This document shows positions 47,801 to 54,357 of a stretch of 54,357 nucleotides of DNA, in pieces. Position 1 is the stretch's first letter. Each line of letters begins with the position of its first letter. The translations under genes were made by a program, and so were the position numbers. This stretch comes from Acidobacteriota bacterium. GTDB lineage: Bacteria > Acidobacteriota > UBA6911. The DNA is taken from assembly GCA_003225335.1 (NCBI GenBank), contig QHZE01000460.1, forward strand, positions 1 through 54,357, written 5' to 3'. Under the pieces are notes generated by a model, which ran no database searches, was not told the DNA's origin, and saw only the letters and a list, made by a program, of their open reading frames with translations.

Positions 47801-48934
47801 GTGCGGCTTGCAAAGCACATCCTGCTGCTTCTATGCCTCGCTCTTCCGTCGGTCCATTGCGGCGGAGGTCGTGAGGGTCCCGACGCAATGGCGTCGATGA
47901 AGAAAAACAAAGTCGTGCGCATCGCCACCGATGCGGTCAACCTGCCGTTTGCGTTCGGGTCAGGGACCGGCGTTCAGGGGTTGGACGTGGATATAGGCGC
48001 GGAGATCGCCAAGGACCTCGGCTATGAACCGAAATGGATCAAGTCTCCATACGAGCGGCTCTTCGACCTCCTCGCGAATGGAGAAGTTGAGCTGATTATC
48101 TCGACGATCTCCATCACCCCGGACAGGAAGAAGGATTTCGCGTTTTCAGAGCCTTATTTTGAAACGGGAAATACGATCGCCCGGCGCAAGGACAACGAGG
48201 CGATCAAGGACTTGAACAGCCTCTCGGGAAAGAAGGTCGGAGTGCAATCGTCTTCGACGGGCCATAAGTTCATGGAATCCCGAGCCGGGTCCATGAAAGT
48301 AACGGTCGCGAAATTTTCCACGCTGGACGATGCGCTCGGGGCTTTGAACAGGACCGAAATCGACGCCGTGGTCGGTGACGAACACATCCTCACCTACAGC
48401 ATCTACAAGAGCTATGCGAATCTCATGACCTTGGGAGTGCGGCTTACCGAAGAACACTACGGGGTGGTGGTCCGCAAAAACGAAAAGCAGCTTCTGGCCT
48501 CGGTCAATGCCACCATTGAGCGCCTGAAGAAATCCGGCGAATTGGAAGTGCTGCGCAAGAAGTGGTTCCAAGATGTAATGGAGCGAGTAGCTAAGCAACG
48601 CGACGACTTGCAACGAAACGAGATAATAAAGAAGGGGCCGAAGACGGTCGCATTCAACTTCGTCAAGGTCTCAGGTAACTTCCCGATGGACCGTCTGGAC
48701 GGGTATCAACTGACTCTTGTGGGACCGAACGGAAAGTTTACCTCCGGCCCTATTCTCACCAATGGGTCTCGCGGCAGTTGCAAATTTTCGACCCCGGTCC
48801 CTCCAGGGGAGTATTCGCTCAACATGTCGATCTTGAAGCTGAATACGACGATAAAGATTCCCAAGATTGCCGCCAGCAGCGTAACCTTTGACATGAAAAT
48901 CGCTGCGGACAAGGTCGATATCAGCCAGCGATAG
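47801..48934 (+). CDS. Polar amino-acid ABC substrate-binding protein (family 3) with extra C-terminal domain
   Basis: PF, G.DVD....IA, ISITP.R, FSEPY, L.GKKVGVQ, KKWF; signal peptide ending in Cys. Confidence 0.85.
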   Translation: MRLAKHILLLLCLALPSVHCGGGREGPDAMASMKKNKVVRIATDAVNLPFAFGSGTGVQGLDVDIGAEIAKDLGYEPKWIKSPYERLFDLLANGEVELIISTISITPDRKKDFAFSEPYFETGNTIARRKDNEAIKDLNSLSGKKVGVQSSSTGHKFMESRAGSMKVTVAKFSTLDDALGALNRTEIDAVVGDEHILTYSIYKSYANLMTLGVRLTEEHYGVVVRKNEKQLLASVNATIERLKKSGELEVLRKKWFQDVMERVAKQRDDLQRNEIIKKGPKTVAFNFVKVSGNFPMDRLDGYQLTLVGPNGKFTSGPILTNGSRGSCKFSTPVPPGEYSLNMSILKLNTTIKIPKIAASSVTFDMKIAADKVDISQR

Positions 48935-48985
48935 TCTTTTCGCCCCGGGTGCGATGCTCAGGCGCTGCTTCGATCTCCGGTAACC

Positions 48986-50149
48986 ATGAAGCCATTCAGA
49001 ATTGTCCTTTTCGCAGCGCTCGTCTCGAGCGCCGCCACGTTCGCCCTCCTGCGCTGGGACCTCATTCCCGGATTTAGATGGCGAACGATACCAGGTGAAA
49101 CACGGACGTGGGCTGCCGCCAATCCGTCCGGACAACCCCCTCTTAGTCCGGATGAAGAGGTCAATGTTCGTGTTTACAACAATGTCAGTCCGGGCGTCGT
49201 GAACATCACCTCAACGGTGGTGGAATACGGTTTCTTCTTTGGCGCCATACCAAGCAAGGAGACCGGGAGCGGCTCGGTGTTGGATCTGGAGGGTCACGTT
49301 CTCACCAACTACCATGTGATCGCCGACGCCCAGAGTCTCGAGGTCGCATTGCCGGACGGAACCAAATATCGGCCGGCGGTAGTGGGCGCCGATCGGACAA
49401 ACGACCTGGCGGTCCTCAAGATCCAAACCTCCAAGGAGCACCTTCACCCTGTCCCTTTGGGCGATTCCACAACTCTCAAAGTCGGTCAAAAGGTGTTGGC
49501 GATAGGGAACCCGTTGCGCCTCCAGAATACCCTGACGGTTGGAATCATCAGCTCGCTCGGGCGAACGATTCAGACCGAGAGCGGGGAACTCGTGGACAAC
49601 ATCATTCAAACGGATGCGGCCATAAATCCCGGGAATTCGGGGGGACCCCTGCTGAACGCCGCCGGTGAAATGATCGGGATCAATACGTCGATATTCACCA
49701 TCGGCGGCGGAAACATCGGCATAGGTTTCGCCGTTCCGGCGAGCACGATCCGGCGCGTCGTGGATGACCTGATCCGCTACGGCCGGGTGCTGCGCCCCTG
49801 GCTCGGTATTTCCGGATATACGATTACGGAAGACCTGGCTTCAGCGCTGAACCTGCCGGTCAGGCGCGGCATTCTCGTTGCGCAGGTTCAGAAGGGGAGC
49901 TGCGCGGATCAGGCCGGCATCCAAGGCGCCACCGAGATGGCAGTACTCTACAACGAGCGGATTCTCATTGGCGGAGATATCGTCACTGATGTGGACGGCA
50001 AGCCTGTTTCGTCCCGCGAAGAACTGAGACTTGCGCTGGAAGGCAAGCGGCCGGGCGAGACGGCGCGAGTTACGCTCTACAGGGGCCGGAACAAGATGGA
50101 GAAGACGATGCCCCTGGTGGAGCGCCCACAACGCAGTTTTCGCTTCTAG
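48986..50149 (+). CDS. HtrA/DegS-family serine protease with one PDZ domain
   Basis: TNYHVI, DLAVLK, QTDAAINPGNSGGPL; C-terminal PDZ. Confidence 0.93.
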   Translation: MKPFRIVLFAALVSSAATFALLRWDLIPGFRWRTIPGETRTWAAANPSGQPPLSPDEEVNVRVYNNVSPGVVNITSTVVEYGFFFGAIPSKETGSGSVLDLEGHVLTNYHVIADAQSLEVALPDGTKYRPAVVGADRTNDLAVLKIQTSKEHLHPVPLGDSTTLKVGQKVLAIGNPLRLQNTLTVGIISSLGRTIQTESGELVDNIIQTDAAINPGNSGGPLLNAAGEMIGINTSIFTIGGGNIGIGFAVPASTIRRVVDDLIRYGRVLRPWLGISGYTITEDLASALNLPVRRGILVAQVQKGSCADQAGIQGATEMAVLYNERILIGGDIVTDVDGKPVSSREELRLALEGKRPGETARVTLYRGRNKMEKTMPLVERPQRSFRF

Positions 50150-50157
50150 CTGGAAAT

Positions 50158-50219
50158 GAAACCACAGATGAACACAGATAAATACGGATCGGCGTCCGTC
50201 TGTGTTCATCTGTGGTTTC
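50158..50219. repeat. Stand-alone module A palindrome
   Basis: GAAACCACAGATGAACACAGATAAATACGGAT...CGTCTGTGTTCATCTGTGGTTTC. Confidence 0.82.
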
Positions 50220-50221
50220 GC

Positions 50222-51247
50222 ATGCTTCGACCGGTCGGCTTCAGGCTCCTTTGTTTCGAGCTCCTTTTCTTCGGGCTCCTGACGCAACATGCGGGAAGTG
50301 GCGCCTACCAGGGCGAGGATGGCGAAGTTCGTAAACTCGCAGAGGGAGTTTACGTTCGCATCGCGGCCGCGGATCAGAGCATCGTCAGCAATGCCGGTTT
50401 TGTAGAGCTCGATAATTCGGTCCTCGTCTTTGACACGCACTTCACGCTGGAGGCCGGGCAGTCATTGCTGGCCGCGATCCAAAAGATTACAACCAAGCCG
50501 GTCCGCTATTTGGTAAACAGTCACTTTCATCCCGATCACACTCACGGCAATCAATCGTTCGCAGGGCCCGTCCACATAATTGCGACAACGAACGCGCGTC
50601 GCGACGTGGTGCAGCGCGATCTTCCCGCAATGAACCGCACACTTGGCATTGCGCAAGCACAGATCGAGAAGATGAAGAAAGACCTGATCGCGACCAAGGA
50701 CCCGGCGCAGCAAGCGGGTCTTCGCGCGCAAATCCAGCAGCACCAGAAATTCCTGGATAGAATGACAGGCCTGAAGATTCTTCCTCCGGTCCTGGGGGTG
50801 GAAGACAGTCTCGATGTAAACGACACCGTGCGGCCGGCCCGGCTGCTATACCTGGGCAAGGGTCACACCGACGGCGACCTGGTTTTATATCTGCCCAAGG
50901 AGAAGATCGCCTTTGTGGGCGACCTCTTCTTTAACTCTGCGCTTCCCAATACGCAGGATGCCTTTCTGCTCGAATGGATGCGGACGCTGGCCGAGTTGCT
51001 GAAGCTCGACGCCGAGACTTTTGTTCCCGGTCACGGGCCCGTGGGCACAAAAAGCGAGGTGAAAGACTTCCTGAAGTATCTGGAAGAGCTAAAAGAGTGG
51101 GTGGAACCGCGTGTGACGGAAGGGGCTGCCATGGAGCAGGTTTTGCGCGACGTGAAACTTCCGCCCAAGTATTCGTCCTACAGTTATCAGTATTTTTTCC
51201 CCGCCAACCTGCAAAAGATGTATTCGGAGCTTCGGGCCGCGAAGTAG
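50222..51247 (+). CDS. Exported MBL-fold metallo-hydrolase
   Basis: SHFHPDHTHGN, GHT.GD, GDL, VPGHG. ATG 50222; the upstream ORF extension is repeat DNA. Confidence 0.88.
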   Translation: MLRPVGFRLLCFELLFFGLLTQHAGSGAYQGEDGEVRKLAEGVYVRIAAADQSIVSNAGFVELDNSVLVFDTHFTLEAGQSLLAAIQKITTKPVRYLVNSHFHPDHTHGNQSFAGPVHIIATTNARRDVVQRDLPAMNRTLGIAQAQIEKMKKDLIATKDPAQQAGLRAQIQQHQKFLDRMTGLKILPPVLGVEDSLDVNDTVRPARLLYLGKGHTDGDLVLYLPKEKIAFVGDLFFNSALPNTQDAFLLEWMRTLAELLKLDAETFVPGHGPVGTKSEVKDFLKYLEELKEWVEPRVTEGAAMEQVLRDVKLPPKYSSYSYQYFFPANLQKMYSELRAAK

Positions 51248-51274
51248 AAAGAGGAATGAAACCCTGATGAACGT

Positions 51275-53005
51275 TTACGCCTCCAGTACCTCGCGCACCT
51301 TGAAAGACAGAGCATCCGGGCTGAAAGGCTTCTGAAGGAAACACGTATCGGAATCCAGCTCGCCTTGATTGCCTATCATGTCACCGGGGTGGCCCGACAT
51401 ATAGAGAATCCTTATCGCCGGGTCGCGGTCCGACAGCCCCACAGCCAGCTTGCGGCCGCCCATCTTCGGCATGATCACGTCAGTGATCAACAGGTGGATT
51501 TTGGGCCCACGGTGGTTTCTAGCGACATTCAAAGCTTCCTCTCCATTCGATGCCTCCAGCACCTCGTAACCTCGCGCGCGGAGCGTAGAAGCGGCGATTT
51601 CTCTCACTGAAGGCTCGTCCTCAACCAGTAAGATTGTTTCGGTGCCGTCAGGAGCGCGGTCCGAAGGTACTTGCCGGGGTGACTCCGTGTCTTGCTGAAC
51701 CCGCGGCAGGTAGATCTTGAAGGTAGTCCCGGCGCCCTGTTGACTCTGGACCGAGATATGCCCGTTCATCTGACGAACGATGCCATAAACGGTAGCAAGC
51801 CCCAGCCCGGTTCCTTCCGCCTTTGTCGTAAAGAAAGGTTCGAAGATACGGGACATTGTTTCACTGCTCATCCCGAATCCGGTGTCACTAACGGAGATCA
51901 TCACGTAGCTGCCGGGAACGAGATCCTCGTGCGCGCCGCTCGCGTCAATCTCACAGTTGACGGTTTCAATGACCAGTCTGCCTCCTTTCAGCATCGCGTC
52001 ACGGGCGTTTACAACCAGGTTCATTATTACCTGTTCGACCTGTCCGGCGTCTGCCCTTACTCGCCCGAGCGCTGCGTCCAGCCTGATTACAATCTCGACG
52101 TCATCACCAATCAAACGGCGGAGCATTTCATCCATTCCGGCCATCAGGTCGTTCAAGTCCAACACCCTGGGTTGAAACACCTCTTTGCGGGCGAAGGCCA
52201 GGAGTTGTTTGGTCAGCGCGGCGGCACGCTGAGCGCCCGCGGCTATCCCTTCCAGTTCCTTGCCCGGCGCTTCGCCTTGCTCGAGCTTCATCGTCGCGAT
52301 CTCGCAGTAGCCGAGGATGGCCGTCAGCAGGTTATTGAAATCGTGTGCGACTCCGCCTGCCAGTCTCCCCACCGCTTCCATTTTCTGCGCGTGACGCAGC
52401 CGCTCCTCGCTCTGACGCAGAGCCTCGCGAGCCCGCTTGCGTTCGGTGATATCCGTGATTGCCGTGCGGCAATGGGCGGTGTTGCCCTCGGAACCCTGGA
52501 CCGGTACGCTCAGCAGCTCGACTTCCAGAGATCCGCCGGTCTTCGGCATGAGCTTGATCTCGCTGAATACCCTATCACTGCTTCGCTCGCAATCAACCAA
52601 GTGCTGGAGGAAGCGAGCCCGGTCACTTGCGGTCACATAACTTGAGAAGAGCCTTCCGGCCAGCTGCGAGCGCTCACCGCCCAGCATTTCGGCGCAGGTG
52701 AGGTTGATTTCGTGAATCCGCCCCTGTCGATCCAGGCTGACGTAGCCAACAGGCGCGAAGTCGTAGAGATCGGCATACCGGCTCCGGGATTCCTCGACCA
52801 GTTGGTGACTTTCCACCAACTCGCGGTTTTGCATCTCCAGCTCGACCTGATGGACCTCCAGCTCATGTAAGGCGCGAGTCAGTTCATTCGCAGGCTGGGA
52901 CAGCCGCGTGCCGCTTTTGTTCTCGAGCGCGCGCAACTCGTCGATCAGCTCCGTCTTCGTCATCCCTTCAAAATGCTTCTTGGGCTTATTCGCCGAACCG
53001 TTCAT
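51275..53005 (-). CDS. PAS hybrid sensor histidine kinase/response regulator
   Basis: Coiled coil HELEVHQVELEMQN.EL, PAS, AGGVAHDFNN, GTGLGL, receiver domain. Confidence 0.93.
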   Translation of the reverse strand: MNGSANKPKKHFEGMTKTELIDELRALENKSGTRLSQPANELTRALHELEVHQVELEMQNRELVESHQLVEESRSRYADLYDFAPVGYVSLDRQGRIHEINLTCAEMLGGERSQLAGRLFSSYVTASDRARFLQHLVDCERSSDRVFSEIKLMPKTGGSLEVELLSVPVQGSEGNTAHCRTAITDITERKRAREALRQSEERLRHAQKMEAVGRLAGGVAHDFNNLLTAILGYCEIATMKLEQGEAPGKELEGIAAGAQRAAALTKQLLAFARKEVFQPRVLDLNDLMAGMDEMLRRLIGDDVEIVIRLDAALGRVRADAGQVEQVIMNLVVNARDAMLKGGRLVIETVNCEIDASGAHEDLVPGSYVMISVSDTGFGMSSETMSRIFEPFFTTKAEGTGLGLATVYGIVRQMNGHISVQSQQGAGTTFKIYLPRVQQDTESPRQVPSDRAPDGTETILLVEDEPSVREIAASTLRARGYEVLEASNGEEALNVARNHRGPKIHLLITDVIMPKMGGRKLAVGLSDRDPAIRILYMSGHPGDMIGNQGELDSDTCFLQKPFSPDALSFKVREVLEA

Positions 53006-53065
53006 TGCTTGTCGCCTCCAACGACCTGCTCGCGATCAAAAAAGACAGGCTGGTCGCTCCCAGAG

Positions 53066-54357
53066 CTAACCAGCGCACGCCTGCTCTTCAGGGGGGGTAC
53101 CTTTAGCCGCTATCTCGCGAATGTTCAGAAACACGAAGTGCGTATGCCTTCCCTCGTCGTCAACACGTTGCGCGTCCATCAGAAGCCTTTTCCGGCCTGG
53201 CTCTCCGAAGTCGTGGACGATTTCGAAGTCCCGAACCAGAGGGTTGTCCCGGGTGAGCGCCGAAAGCAGTTTCCTCAGCTTTGGGATGTTCCATTTGCCG
53301 CCGCCCAGTTCATAGATCGGGCAGCCCACGCTTTCTTCGGGTTTGAGCCGAAAGGCCTGGCGGAAGGACCGGCTGGTCGCTCGAACTCGCAGCTCCGCAT
53401 CAAGCGCAACGAGCGGCGGTGCGGCCGCCAGCATTGTGTCGATGAAGTCACGGCATTCTTGAAGCTCCTGCTGACTCGATTTGAGCGCGTCAATATCCAC
53501 GAGGGCCATCACGGCCCCATCGATCTTGTTATCAGCCGTGCGGTACGGACGGATTCGCATCGAGTACCAAAAACCTTGCCGGTCCTGGACCTCTCGCTCG
53601 ACGGTGTCCAGCGAATCCATCACATCTAAAGTTGCCCGCTCCAGGTCCGTTGCTTCGATGTTGGGCTTGATATCGGTGATCGGCCGCCCAACGTCGCTCC
53701 GGATCAGGTTAAAAACTCGTTCCGCGGAAGCGGTGAAGCGCCGGATGCGCAGATCCTGCCCGAGGACAACGATGGGGATATTCAATCCGGTAAGCAGATT
53801 GTGCAGGTCGTTGTTGAGCTGGTTCAGCTCCGCGTTCCGATTCTCCAATTCCTCGTTAACCGTGTTCAGTTCTTCGTTGGTCGATTGTAACTCTTCCTTG
53901 GCGGTCTCCAACTCCTCATTGGTGCTCTGCAGCTCCTCGTTGCTCGACAGTATCTCTTCGTTTGCCGCACGGAGTTCCTCGTTCGTGGCCTCATGTTCCT
54001 CTGTCGTCGCACGCAGGTAGGCCTGAAGCGCCTCAAGTTCCTGGCGGAGCCGGGCGATTTCCCTTTCCAGGTTCCGGCGCTTGCTCCTCGCGCCAGACCC
54101 TGGTTTGTCAGGTCCTGCCGTGTCATGCTCGACCGGCCCAGGCGGGGGTGCGGCTGATAGGGTCGCTTCTTCAAACAGAACCAGGAAGAAGCGCTCTTTG
54201 ATGAGGGGCGAACTGATGGGAATCACTTCAAGGTTGACGGTCTTGGTTTGACCGTTGTGCTTGACCTGCAGGTTCGTCCTTCTGGCGTTGGCGTCTTTCT
54301 TCTTTGCTTCGTGGACGGCAGTACGCACCTCCATCAACAGATCTTCCCGGATCATTT
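53066..54357 (-). CDS. C-terminal part of a CheB/CheR-type fusion protein with coiled coil and PAS domains (5' end outside window)
   Basis: NEELQSTNEELETAKEELQSTNEEL heptads, D.GRPI.DI, RIRPYRT.DNKIDG.V. Confidence 0.85.
   Translation of the reverse strand, partial: MIREDLLMEVRTAVHEAKKKDANARRTNLQVKHNGQTKTVNLEVIPISSPLIKERFFLVLFEEATLSAAPPPGPVEHDTAGPDKPGSGARSKRRNLEREIARLRQELEALQAYLRATTEEHEATNEELRAANEEILSSNEELQSTNEELETAKEELQSTNEELNTVNEELENRNAELNQLNNDLHNLLTGLNIPIVVLGQDLRIRRFTASAERVFNLIRSDVGRPITDIKPNIEATDLERATLDVMDSLDTVEREVQDRQGFWYSMRIRPYRTADNKIDGAVMALVDIDALKSSQQELQECRDFIDTMLAAAPPLVALDAELRVRATSRSFRQAFRLKPEESVGCPIYELGGGKWNIPKLRKLLSALTRDNPLVRDFEIVHDFGEPGRKRLLMDAQRVDDEGRHTHFVFLNIREIAAKGTPPEEQACAG

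Noticed and set aside
53820-54000. Periodic DNA in the last gene
   Set aside because: It simply encodes the NEEL coiled-coil heptads.

Overview
GC-rich bacterial chromosomal segment. An Acidobacteriota-like diderm is my inference from gene content, not verified. The coding content is mostly housekeeping: threonine aldolase, acyl-CoA dehydrogenase-meaB-mce, mtnP-PfkB kinase, trxB, a lipid A-type acyltransferase, hisS, mutL, accA, dnaE, guaA, Bat-like vWA genes, uppP, rarA, TrmH, yqeC, a GT2/flippase/ArnT-like operon, mutS, tsaB-rimI, an MFS transporter, HtrA, two PAS hybrid kinases and a truncated CheB/CheR-type gene. I see no rRNA, tRNA, CRISPR array, transposase or reverse transcriptase. The unusual layer is non-coding. 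About 20 intergenic gaps hold palindromic elements built from short tandem repeats of several families (ACAGATGAAC, AATGAC[A/C], GATTGCG, CACGAAGA/CGCGAAG, CACAGAGA, GACAGGAT, GAGGAT). Several of these are assembled in a fixed modular order around a GCCGCAACC(C)AAA motif, some occur as near-identical copies 10-23 kb apart, two sit between 20-bp direct repeats, and many start right at stop codons. There are also three REP-like families, a MITE with perfect 20-bp terminal inverted repeats (TIRs) upstream of hisS, and a MITE-like element inserted into a REP. Protein-level oddities: guaA apparently starts at ATT/ATC, a D2-only Clp ATPase has an IGF loop and a variant Walker B, a PilZ domain is fused through a membrane segment to tandem extracytoplasmic repeats, and a TPR gene is frameshifted. 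All coordinates and alignments were read by eye.
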